In this document: in pieces, positions 23,529-33,329 of the stretch
Layout: each line of letters begins with the position of its first letter
Position numbering within the stretch: position 1 is the first letter of the stretch
Assembly: GCF_003790525.1 (NCBI RefSeq)
Contig: NZ_CP033635.1
Source of the DNA: Escherichia coli
GTDB lineage: Bacteria > Pseudomonadota > Gammaproteobacteria > Enterobacterales > Enterobacteriaceae
Strand: one strand, 5' to 3'
Length of the DNA: 64,000 bases
Translations under genes and position numbers: made by a program
Notes under the pieces: generated by a model
Told to the model about the DNA's origin: nothing
Databases searched by the model: none
The model's input: the letters and a program-made list of their open reading frames with translations, nothing else

Positions 23529-23651
23529 CGCCTGGTTTTATTTATTTTCCAGCTCAATAGCAAATTCAGATCAAATCAGCCTCGCAAATCATAGATTCAT
23601 AACCAATAATGTGCTGTTATGTATACATGCAAAAACAAGGAGAGAATGCTT

Positions 23652-24080
23652 ATGTACAAAACAATCATCATGCCAGTGGATGTTTTCGAAATGGAATTGA
23701 GCGACAAAGCGGTTCGCCACGCTGAATTCCTCGCCCAGGATGACGGAGTTATTCATCTACTTCACGTACTACCGGGGTCAGCCAGCCTGAGCCTGCACCG
23801 TTTTGCCGCTGATGTACGTCGTTTTGAAGAGCATCTGCAACATGAAGCAGAAGAACGTCTGCAAACGATGGTCAGCCACTTCACCATCGATCCTTCCCGC
23901 ATTAAGCAACATGTCCGTTTTGGTAGTGTGCGGGATGAAGTTAACGAGTTAGCGAAAGAACTTGATGCAGATGTAGTAGTGATTGGTTCGCGTAACCCAT
24001 CAATTTCAACTCATCTGTTGGGTTCTAACGCCTCGAGCGTGATCCGCCACGCCAATTTGCCGGTGCTGGTTGTGCGTTAA
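23652..24080 (+). CDS. uspG: Universal stress protein G
   Basis: 142 aa from [12 protein letters not shown]; good RBS aggagag upstream. Confidence 0.9.
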   Translation: MYKTIIMPVDVFEMELSDKAVRHAEFLAQDDGVIHLLHVLPGSASLSLHRFAADVRRFEEHLQHEAEERLQTMVSHFTIDPSRIKQHVRFGSVRDEVNELAKELDADVVVIGSRNPSISTHLLGSNASSVIRHANLPVLVVR

Positions 24081-24098
24081 TTGCCAGAATAAGTATCC

Positions 24099-24134
24099 CG
24101 CCCTGCCCGGAGCCATCCCTGCAGGGCTTTTTAA
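24099..24134 (+). terminator. Terminator after uspG
   Basis: gccctgcccgg-agccatc-cctgcagggc hairpin followed by tttttaat. Confidence 0.55.
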
Positions 24135-24140
24135 TGCAAT

Positions 24141-24171
24141 AAAAAAGCCGCCAGGTTTGACCCCGGCGGCT
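24141..24171 (-). terminator. Terminator after ahpF
   Basis: On the minus strand agccgccgg-ggtcaaac-ctggcggc followed by tttttt. Confidence 0.55.
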
Positions 24172-24200
24172 AAGCAATTGCAGGTGAATCTTACTTCTTC

Positions 24201-25766
24201 TTATGCAGTTTTGGTGCGAATCAGGTAGTCAAAAGCACTCAGAGAGGCTTTGGCACCTTCGCCAGTAGCGATGATGATCTGCTTGTACGGAACCGTCGTA
24301 CAGTCACCCGCTGCGAACACGCCTTTGACGTTGGTTTCGCATTTCGCATCAATGATAATCTCGCCCATGCGGTTACGTTCGACTGCGCCTTCCAGCCAGT
24401 TGGTGTTCGGCAGCAGACCAATCTGGACGAAAATACCGGCCAGTTCGATGTTGTGAATATCGCCGCTGACACGATCGCGATATTCCAGACCTACGACTTT
24501 GCTACCGTCGCCTTTCACTTCCGTGGTTTGCGCATTCAGAATAATGTCGACGTTTTTCAGGCTGCGCAGTTTGTCCTGCAGAACCTGGTCGGCTTTCATT
24601 TCTGGCGCAAATTCCAGCAGCGTTACGTGCTCAACGATACCCGCCAGGTCAATTGCCGCTTCCACGCCGGAGTTACCGCCGCCGATAACCGCTACGCGTT
24701 TGCCTTTAAACAGCGGGCCGTCGCAGTGCGGGCAGTAGGTCACGCCTTTGGTGCGATACTGATCTTCGCCAGGAACGTTCATGTTGCGCCATTTTGCACC
24801 GGTCGCCACGATAATGCTGCGTGCTTTCAGTACCGCGCCAGAAGCTGTTTCAATCTGATGCAGGCCGCCTTCAACCGCTGCCGGGATCAGTTTGCTCGCG
24901 CTCTGGCTGTCGATCACATCAACGTCGTATTCATCAACATGAACTTTCAGCGCACCTGCCAGTTTCTGGCCTTCGGTCTTCGGTACAGAAATGTAGTTTT
25001 CGATATCAACGGTATCGAGGATCTGACCACCAAAACGTTCGCCCATCAGACCGGTACGGATGCCTTTACGTGCGGAGTAAATTGCTGCCGCTGCACCCGC
25101 CGGGCCGGAACCAACGATTAATACGTCATAAGCATCACGCTTGTTCAGCTCTTCTGCCGCACGTTTTTCCGCACCCGTATCAATTTTGGCAACGATTTCA
25201 GTCAACGTCATGCGGCCCTGACCAAACTCTTTCCCGTTTACGAACACTGCCGGAACGCCCATCACGTTGCGATCGGTGATTTCGTTCTGGAAGGTGCCGC
25301 CGTCAATTGCAGTGTGCTTGATGCGCGGGTTCAGTACGCTCATCAGGTTCAGCGCCTGCACCACGTCCGGGCAGTTGTGGCAAGAGAGCGAGTAATAGGT
25401 TTCGAATTCAAAATCACCGTCAATATGGCGAATCTGCTCCAGCAGAGACTGCGCTTCTTTCGACGGATGACCACCGGTCCACAGCAACGCCAGTACCAGC
25501 GAGGTGAACTCGTGGCCCAGCGGGGAGCCTGCAAAACGTGGTCCCTGGTTGGAACCTGGGTTGGTGATCAGGAAAGACGGCTTACGCACTGGCAAGCTGT
25601 TATCTTCTTTAAAGGTGACTTTGTCTGACAGTTCTGCGATTTCAGCCAACAGTTCCTTGATTTCTGCCGATTTAGCGCTGTCATCCAGCGTGGCAATTAA
25701 CTCAACAGGCTTGGTCAATTTCTCAAGGTAAGCCTTGAGTTGAGTTTTCATATTTGTGTCGAGCAT
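24201..25766 (-). CDS. ahpF: Alkyl hydroperoxide reductase subunit F
   Basis: 521 aa from [13 protein letters not shown]; two CxxC motifs (CHNC, CPHC) and FAD/NAD-binding GxGxxG. Confidence 0.95.
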
Positions 25767-25894
25767 GTTTATCTCCTGGGCTTTAAACATCATCATGCAA
25801 GCGGCCTCTGCGGCTACCTGGATGCAGCTTGCATCATGGTGCGGGGAAGAAAATCGGGTGCCGCAGCACCCGATTAATTACGCGATTGCGGAAC

Positions 25895-26458
25895 TTAGAT
25901 TTTACCAACCAGGTCCAGAGACGGAGCCAGAGTTGCTTCACCTTCTTTCCATTTAGCCGGGCAAACTTCACCTGGGTGAGAAGCTACGTACTGTGCTGCT
26001 TTGATTTTACGCAGCAGGTCAGACGCGTCACGGCCAATGCCTTCAGCGGTAACTTCGATTGCCTGGATGATACCCTGCGGGTCAACAACGAAGGTCGCAC
26101 GGTCAGCCAGACCTTCATCTTCACGCATGTTGTCGAAGTTACGGGTCAGGGCGCCAGTCGGGTCGCCGATCATCGCATATTTGATTTTAGCGATGGTTTC
26201 AGAGCTGCTGTGCCATGCTTTGTGGGTGAAGTGAGTATCGGTAGATACTGCGTATACGTCTACGCCCAGTTTCTGCAGTTCTTCGTAATGGTCAGCAACG
26301 TCACCCAGTTCGGTCGGGCATACGAAAGTAAAGTCAGCCGGGTAGAAGAAGAAGACGCTCCAGCGGCCTTCGGTATCTTTTTCGGTGATTTCGATGAATT
26401 CGCCGTTTTTGAATGCCTGGTTTTTAAAAGGTTTAATTTTGGTGTTAATCAAGGACAT
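25895..26458 (-). CDS. ahpC: Alkyl hydroperoxide reductase subunit C (peroxiredoxin)
   Basis: 187 aa; FVCPTE peroxidatic-Cys motif. Confidence 0.95.
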   Translation of the reverse strand: MSLINTKIKPFKNQAFKNGEFIEITEKDTEGRWSVFFFYPADFTFVCPTELGDVADHYEELQKLGVDVYAVSTDTHFTHKAWHSSSETIAKIKYAMIGDPTGALTRNFDNMREDEGLADRATFVVDPQGIIQAIEVTAEGIGRDASDLLRKIKAAQYVASHPGEVCPAKWKEGEATLAPSLDLVGKI

Positions 26459-26829
26459 CTATACTTCCTCCGTGTTTTCGATGAGATGTAAGGTAACCAA
26501 TTTTTGCCGATTCGGCTAATGCGTTTCCATTATCAAATCGATAAGTTTTACCTTACAACCTTCGTAAGACAACTTTGTGAACTTTGCACCGCCAGCGGCG
26601 ATAAAAAGTAAAATGGCCCCCTTTCCAGGTGACCGTGTAATCTGAACTACCCTTTGGTATCTTCAGCGCCTGCCTGCAGGCTGAGGTGTTGCCCTTACAA
26701 ATGCAACAACGACGTGGATTACAACACCCTCATAAACAAAGGGCAATCACCTGATCTAAGCTCTTACCTATGACAGTGATAGGTTATGCCTTTTACCCGA
26801 CTTTTGCACTGACTGAAAAGGACAAATTA

Positions 26830-27576
26830 ATGTTAAAAAAGATACTTTTACTGGCTCTGCTTCCTGCAATCGCCTTCGCAGAGGAACTTCCTGCCCCAGT
26901 AAAAGCGATTGAAAAACAGGGCATTACAATCATCAAAACGTTCGATGCTCCCGGAGGAATGAAAGGTTATCTCGGCAAGTATCAGGATATGGGCGTCACC
27001 ATCTACCTGACTCCAGATGGTAAGCACGCTATCTCCGGTTACATGTACAACGAGAAAGGTGAAAACCTGAGTAACACACTTATCGAAAAAGAAATTTACG
27101 CACCCGCCGGACGCGAAATGTGGCAACGGATGGAACAATCCCACTGGCTCCTCGACGGTAAAAAAGACGCGCCGGTCATTGTCTACGTCTTCGCCGATCC
27201 GTTCTGCCCATATTGTAAACAGTTCTGGCAGCAGGCTCGCCCGTGGGTAGATTCTGGCAAAGTGCAATTAAGAACATTGTTGGTTGGCGTTATCAAGCCA
27301 GAAAGCCCGGCGACAGCAGCGGCAATTCTTGCCTCCAAAGATCCCGCAAAAACCTGGCAAGAATATGAAGCCTCTGGTGGCAAGCTTAAGCTAAACGTGC
27401 CTGCAAACGTAAGTACAGAGCAAATGAAAGTGTTAAGCGATAACGAGAAACTGATGGACGATCTGGGGGCAAATGTCACGCCAGCTATCTATTACATGAG
27501 TAAGGAAAATACACTGCAACAGGCCGTGGGGTTGCCCGATCAGAAAACGCTTAATATCATTATGGGGAATAAATAA
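26830..27576 (+). CDS. dsbG: Periplasmic thiol:disulfide interchange protein DsbG
   Basis: 248 aa from [21 protein letters not shown] active site. Confidence 0.9.
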
Positions 27577-27780
27577 AAGATAATTCATGGATGGTTGAAA
27601 TATATTCCTGCTTTTCAACCATCCTAAAAAAGCATGAATTGCTCGTAACCCACCTGACAGCTATGCTATTTTAGAAAATCTTAATCCAAAGTTAAGCAGA
27701 AAAACATAACACATATAAATACAACAACATTATTGATCAAGTGAATGATTTATGGAAGAGACAATACAACGGAGTATGTT

Positions 27781-28683
27781 ATGGCTAATCTTTATGATCT
27801 AAAAAAATTTGACCTCAATTTACTGGTTATATTTGAATGTATTTATCAACATCTCAGCATTAGTAAAGCGGCAGAATCATTATATATAACGCCCTCTGCT
27901 GTTAGTCAGTCGTTACAACGTTTACGTGCGCAATTTAATGACCCGTTATTCATTCGCTCAGGGAAAGGTATCGCGCCGACTACAACAGGGTTAAACCTGC
28001 ATCACCATCTTGAGAAAAATCTCAGAGGCCTTGAACAAACGATCAATATCGTTAATAAGTCTGAACTAAAGAAAAATTTTATTATCTACGGTCCTCAGCT
28101 TATTTCTTGTACTAATAACAACATGCTAATCCGCTGTCTTAGACAAGATACTTCAATCGATATAGAATGCCATGACATACTGCTTTCAGCTGAAAATGCC
28201 GAAGAACTGTTGGTTCAACGCAAAACTGACCTGGCAATTACACTACAACCAGTAATTAGCCGCTCTGTCATCTGCATGCCGTTACATACTATTCGCAATT
28301 CTCTTATATGTAGCAACAGACATCCTCGTATTACCGATACCAGTAACTATGAACAAATTATCGCCGAAGAATTCACCCTGTTGATATCTAAATCAGCAGG
28401 GATTGACGAAATTCAAATGGACATAGATGAACGTTTTATGAACCGTAAAGTTTCATTTCGCAGTTCTTCTTTGATGACTATAATTAATAGTATTTCTGTT
28501 ACTGACTTATTAGGCATTGTGCCCACCGAACTGTACAATTTACATCGTGACTTTTTGAAGTTAAAAGAAATAAAACTGGAACAACCTCTTCCTGCGGTTA
28601 AACTTTATATTTCCTATAACAAGGCTTCGTTGAACAACCTTGTCTTCTCCCGATTCATAGATCGTTTAAATGATAGCTTCTGA
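27781..28683 (+). CDS. ybdO: LysR-family transcriptional regulator YbdO
   Basis: 300 aa from MANLYDLKKF; LysR HTH; very AT-rich. Confidence 0.85.
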   Translation: MANLYDLKKFDLNLLVIFECIYQHLSISKAAESLYITPSAVSQSLQRLRAQFNDPLFIRSGKGIAPTTTGLNLHHHLEKNLRGLEQTINIVNKSELKKNFIIYGPQLISCTNNNMLIRCLRQDTSIDIECHDILLSAENAEELLVQRKTDLAITLQPVISRSVICMPLHTIRNSLICSNRHPRITDTSNYEQIIAEEFTLLISKSAGIDEIQMDIDERFMNRKVSFRSSSLMTIINSISVTDLLGIVPTELYNLHRDFLKLKEIKLEQPLPAVKLYISYNKASLNNLVFSRFIDRLNDSF

Positions 28684-28829
28684 TTCATTACCACTGACAA
28701 ATAATATATTACGCATCAATTAATTCATTATGTGAATATAAAATAATGTGCTCTATCTTGCTTCGTTTATCCTATAATTAGCGGATTCATCTCACGAGTC
28801 ACCCCGTAACGTTCAGAGAGCGTTTTTAG

Positions 28830-30050
28830 ATGTCTATTTATAAAATCCCGCTTCCACTGAATATTCTGGAAGCTGCAAAAGAACGTATTACCTGGACACT
28901 TAATACCCTACCCCGTATCTGTGTTTCTTTTTCGGGTGGTAAAGATTCCGGATTAATGCTGCATCTGACCGCCGAAATTGCCCGACAAATGGGCAAAAAA
29001 ATCTGCGTTTTGTTTATCGACTGGGAAGCGCAGTTCTCATGCACTATTAACTATGTTCAGTCATTACGTGAGTTTTACGCCGATGTCATCGAAGAGTTTT
29101 ACTGGGTTGCGCTCCCGCTTACGACGCAAAATTCCCTTTCTCAATACCAACCCGAATGGCAGTGCTGGGAACCTGATGTCGAATGGGTACGTCAGCCCCC
29201 GCAAGATGCGATAACCGATCCTGACTTTTTCTCCTTTTACCAGCCTGGCATGACCTTCGAACAATTTGTGCGTGAGTTTGCCGAATGGTTTTCGCAAAAA
29301 CGTCCGGCGGCGATGATGATCGGCATCCGTGCGGATGAGTCCTACAACCGTTTTGTCGCCATCGCCAGTTTAAATAAACAACGTTTTGCCGATGATAAGC
29401 CCTGGACTACTGCCGCACCAGGCGGTCATAGCTGGTACATTTACCCCATCTACGACTGGAAAGTCGCTGATATCTGGACCTGGTATGCTAACCATCAACA
29501 GCTCTGTAACCCACTGTATAATATAATGTATCAGGCAGGCGTTCCTCTGCGTCATATGCGAATTTGCGAACCTTTTGGCCCGGAGCAACGGCAAGGATTA
29601 TGGCTCTATCACGTTATCGAACCGGATCGCTGGGCTGCTATGTGCGCACGAGTCAGCGGGGTAAAAAGTGGCGGCATTTACGCCGGACATGATAATCATT
29701 TTTATGGTCATCGGAAAATCCTCAAGCCAGAACATTTAGACTGGCAAGAATATGCATTATTGCTGCTCAATAGCATGCCGGAAAAAACAGCTGAGCATTA
29801 CCGCAATAAAATCGCCATTTATTTGCACTGGTATCAGAAAAAAGGCATCGAAGTTCCACAAACCCAGCAAGGGGACATTGGCGCGAAAGATATCCCCTCC
29901 TGGCGGCGAATATGCAAAGTTTTACTCAATAACGATTACTGGTGCCGGGCATTATCATTTAGTCCTACGAAAGCGAAGAACTATCAGCGTTATAACGAAC
30001 GGATAAAAGGAAAACGTCAGGAATGGGGGATACTATGCAACAACGATTAA
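28830..30050 (+). CDS. ybdN: PAPS-reductase-like PP-loop ATP pyrophosphatase family protein YbdN (IbrA-like)
   Basis: 406 aa; PP-loop motif SFSGGKDS near the N-terminus. Confidence 0.85.
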   Translation: MSIYKIPLPLNILEAAKERITWTLNTLPRICVSFSGGKDSGLMLHLTAEIARQMGKKICVLFIDWEAQFSCTINYVQSLREFYADVIEEFYWVALPLTTQNSLSQYQPEWQCWEPDVEWVRQPPQDAITDPDFFSFYQPGMTFEQFVREFAEWFSQKRPAAMMIGIRADESYNRFVAIASLNKQRFADDKPWTTAAPGGHSWYIYPIYDWKVADIWTWYANHQQLCNPLYNIMYQAGVPLRHMRICEPFGPEQRQGLWLYHVIEPDRWAAMCARVSGVKSGGIYAGHDNHFYGHRKILKPEHLDWQEYALLLLNSMPEKTAEHYRNKIAIYLHWYQKKGIEVPQTQQGDIGAKDIPSWRRICKVLLNNDYWCRALSFSPTKAKNYQRYNERIKGKRQEWGILCNND

Positions 30051-30652
30051 CGCAGGATTTAACCCAATTTCTCGCCAGCTTGCCGGAAGATGATCGCATC
30101 AAAGCGATTAATGAAATCCGCATGGCGATCCATCAGGTTAGCCCCTTTCGTGAAGAGCCAGTGGATTGCGTTCTGTGGGTTAAAAACAGCCAACTTATGC
30201 CTAATGATTACAACCCAAACAACGTGGCACCACCCGAAAAAAAACTGCTGAAAAAATCCATTGAAATAGATGGTTTTACCCAACCCATTGTGGTCACGCA
30301 TACGGATAAAAATGCCCTGGAAATCGTGGATGGTTTTCACCGCCATGAAATTGGTAAAGGCTCATCATCGTTAAAATTACGCTTAAAAGGTTATTTGCCG
30401 GTGACCTGTCTGGAAGGTACGCGTAATCAACGCATCGCCGCAACTATTCGTCATAATCGCGCTCGTGGACGTCACCAAATCACTGCCATGTCAGAAATCG
30501 TCCGAGAACTCAGCCAGTTGGGATGGGACGATAATAAAATTGGCAAAGAGCTGGGAATGGACAGCGACGAAGTGTTGCGCCTGAAGCAAATTAACGGCCT
30601 GCAAGAGTTGTTTGCCGACCGTCAATTTTCCCGCGCCTGGACGGTTAAATAA
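30023..30652 (+). CDS. ybdM: ParB/sulfiredoxin-fold protein YbdM (IbrB-like)
   Basis: 209 aa; DGFHR motif typical of the ParB N-terminal domain; overlaps the ybdN 3' end by 28 nt. Confidence 0.8.
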   Translation: MGDTMQQRLTQDLTQFLASLPEDDRIKAINEIRMAIHQVSPFREEPVDCVLWVKNSQLMPNDYNPNNVAPPEKKLLKKSIEIDGFTQPIVVTHTDKNALEIVDGFHRHEIGKGSSSLKLRLKGYLPVTCLEGTRNQRIAATIRHNRARGRHQITAMSEIVRELSQLGWDDNKIGKELGMDSDEVLRLKQINGLQELFADRQFSRAWTVK

Positions 30653-31813
30653 CTAAAGCTGGCGCAGGCGTTCTGCTGCTGCCAGCAACGTCGATTCCTT
30701 CTTGGCAAAACAGAGACGAATCAGTTTATGTGGGAAGGGATCGGCGCAAAACACCGACAGCGGAATCGCCGCTACGCCGTGCTCCCGCGTCAGCCACTGG
30801 CAAAACTCAACATCATCCAGCGTAGATACGGCGCTGTAATCCACCAGCAAAAAGTATGTACCTTCGCACGGTAAAATCTCCAGCCGACTTTCATTTAAGG
30901 CATTCACCAGAATATCGCGCTTCTGGCGATAAAAGTCCGGTAACGCAAGATAATGCTCAGGTTCTGCACGTAGCATATCGGCAAGCGCCAACTGTGCCGG
31001 GGTATTCACCGAAAAGGTCAGATACTGATGCACTTTGCGGATCTCGGCGCTGATGGGCGCAGGTGCAACGCAATACCCCACTTTCCAGCCGGTCATATGA
31101 TAGGTCTTGCCAAACGATGACACCGCCACCGCTCGCTCACACAATTGCGGATGCGCCAGCACGCTGGCATGGCCCTGTTGTGAAAAATTGATGTGCTCGT
31201 AGACTTCATCGCTAATGACAAAAATCTCGTGCCCGGCAATCGCCTGCCACAGAGCGGAGAAATCAGCCTACTGCCAGACAGTTGCACTGGGGTTATGCGG
31301 GGTGTTGAGGATCACCAGTCGGGTGCGCTCGCTTAACAATGCGGCAAATTCCTGCCAGTCCACGCGAAAATGCGGTGGTTGCAGTGCAATACGTTTCACT
31401 ATTCCCCCCGAAAGCGCGATGGCGGGCGCGTAACTGTCATAGCTGGGATCAAAGCAAATCACTTCATCGCCATTGCGAACCAATGCAGTAATCGCTGCGT
31501 ATAGCGCTTCCGTCGCCCCTGCTGTTACGGTGATATCGCTGTCGGCATCTGGTTGATAGCCATACAGCCGTTCCGTTTTCTGAGCAATCGCCTCGCGTAA
31601 TGCCTGCACGCCGGTCATGGGTGCGTATTGGTTTGCCCCCTGGGCAACGTGGTACGCCAGCCGTTCCTGCAAATAGCGCGGACCATCAAAATCAGGAAAG
31701 CCTTGCGACAGGTTAATCGCCTGGTGTTGCTGCGCCAGTGCACTCATCTGGGTGAAAATAGTGGTGCCAAGTTGTGGAAGTTTGCTTTGTGGAATCAGAG
31801 GGTTATTTGTCAT
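30653..31813 (-). pseudogene. ybdL: Methionine aminotransferase YbdL (PLP-dependent), interrupted by an in-frame TAG
   Basis: 386-codon frame is continuous except for an amber codon at 31268-31270 (TVWQ-stop-ADFSALWQ); the aminotransferase sequence continues in frame downstream. Confidence 0.8.
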
Positions 31814-31921
31814 TTTTATTGTGCCTGATGAAGTTGCGTGTTGAAGGCACTATAACACGATGCTAGTATTTGGCAATCAAGACGTTTAGATGTCTAAATA
31901 AAACAATAAGGACAACACAAC

Positions 31922-33010
31922 ATGCCTCACAATCCTATCCGCGTGGTCGTCGGCCCGGCTAACTACTTTTCACATCCCGGAAGTTTCAATCACCTGCACG
32001 ATTTTTTCACTGATGAACAACTTTCTCGCGCGGCGTGGATCTACGGCGAACGCGCCATTGCTGCGGCGCAAACAAAACTTCCGCCAGCGTTTGAACTGCC
32101 AGGGGCAAAGCATATTTTGTTTCGTGGTCATTGCAGCGAAAGCGATGTACAACAACTGGCGGCTGAGTCCGGTGACGATCGCAGCGTGGTGATTGGCGTC
32201 GGCGGCGGCGCACTGCTCGACACCGCGAAAGCCCTCGCCCGCCGTCTCGGTCTGCCGTTTGTTGCCGTTCCGACGATCGCCGCTACCTGCGCAGCCTGGA
32301 CACCGCTCTCTGTCTGGTACAACGATGCCGGACAAGCGCTGCATTATGAGATTTTCGACGACGCCAATTTTATGGTGCTGGTGGAACCGGAGATTATCCT
32401 CAACGCGCCGCAAGAATATCTGCTGGCGGGGATCGGTGACACGCTGGCGAAATGGTATGAAGCGGTGGTGCTGGCCCCGCAACCAGAAACGTTGCCGTTA
32501 ACCGTGCGGCTGGGGATTAATAACGCGCAGGCCATTCGCGACGTCTTGTTAAACAGTAGCGAACAGGCGCTTGCCGATCAGCAAAATCACCAGTTAACGC
32601 AATCATTTTGCGATGTGGTGGATGCCATTATTGCTGGTGGTGGGATGGTTGGTGGTCTGGGCGATCGTTTTACGCGTGTGGCGGCAGCTCATGCCGTGCA
32701 TAACGGTCTGACCGTGCTGCCGCAAACCGAGAAGTTTCTCCACGGCACCAAAGTCGCCTACGGAATTCTGGTGCAAAGCGCCTTGCTGGGTCAGGATGAT
32801 GTGCTGGCGCAATTAACTGGAGCGTATCAGCGTTTTCATCTGCCGACTACGCTGGCGGAGCTGGAAGTGGATATCAATAATCAGGCGGAGATCGACAAAG
32901 TGATTGCCCACACCTTACGTCCGGTGGAATCCATTCATTACCTGCCGGTCACGCTGACACCAGATACGTTGCGTGCAGCGTTCGAAAAAGTGGAATCGTT
33001 TAAAGCCTGA
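31922..33010 (+). CDS. ybdH: Iron-containing alcohol / glycerol dehydrogenase-like oxidoreductase YbdH
   Basis: 362 aa; GGGxxxD NAD-binding signature (IGVGGGALLDTAK). Confidence 0.85.
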   Translation: MPHNPIRVVVGPANYFSHPGSFNHLHDFFTDEQLSRAAWIYGERAIAAAQTKLPPAFELPGAKHILFRGHCSESDVQQLAAESGDDRSVVIGVGGGALLDTAKALARRLGLPFVAVPTIAATCAAWTPLSVWYNDAGQALHYEIFDDANFMVLVEPEIILNAPQEYLLAGIGDTLAKWYEAVVLAPQPETLPLTVRLGINNAQAIRDVLLNSSEQALADQQNHQLTQSFCDVVDAIIAGGGMVGGLGDRFTRVAAAHAVHNGLTVLPQTEKFLHGTKVAYGILVQSALLGQDDVLAQLTGAYQRFHLPTTLAELEVDINNQAEIDKVIAHTLRPVESIHYLPVTLTPDTLRAAFEKVESFKA

Positions 33011-33019
33011 CGTACATAT

Positions 33020-33217
33020 TTAGCAGCAGCGCGCGCCGCCTTTTCCACCGTAGCGCGCGTCCTGCCGCTCACGGAAAAACTCTTCGTAGGTCATCGGCGT
33101 TTGATCGGGATGGTTAACCCGCATATGTTCGACATAGTTGTCGTAATCAGGCATACCAATCATCAGTTTCGCCGCCTGACCTAAATATTTTCCGGCTTTT
33201 GCCAGTGAATCAAACAT
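33020..33217 (-). CDS. ybdD: DUF466 small protein YbdD
   Basis: 65 aa, ending with CC, immediately downstream of cstA. Confidence 0.85.
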   Translation of the reverse strand: MFDSLAKAGKYLGQAAKLMIGMPDYDNYVEHMRVNHPDQTPMTYEEFFRERQDARYGGKGGARCC

Positions 33218-33329
33218 CTAAACCTCCGGTAATACAAATGCCCTCCTGAATTAAGAGGGCTTAATTGCTATCAACACGCTCGGGATGAGAGTAAGGGGAA
33301 CGCTCAGCACATTCCCCCTCACTCTGACT

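Noticed and set aside
24453-25121. 222-aa plus-strand ORF antisense to ahpF
   Set aside because: Lies within ahpF on the opposite strand; no supporting features
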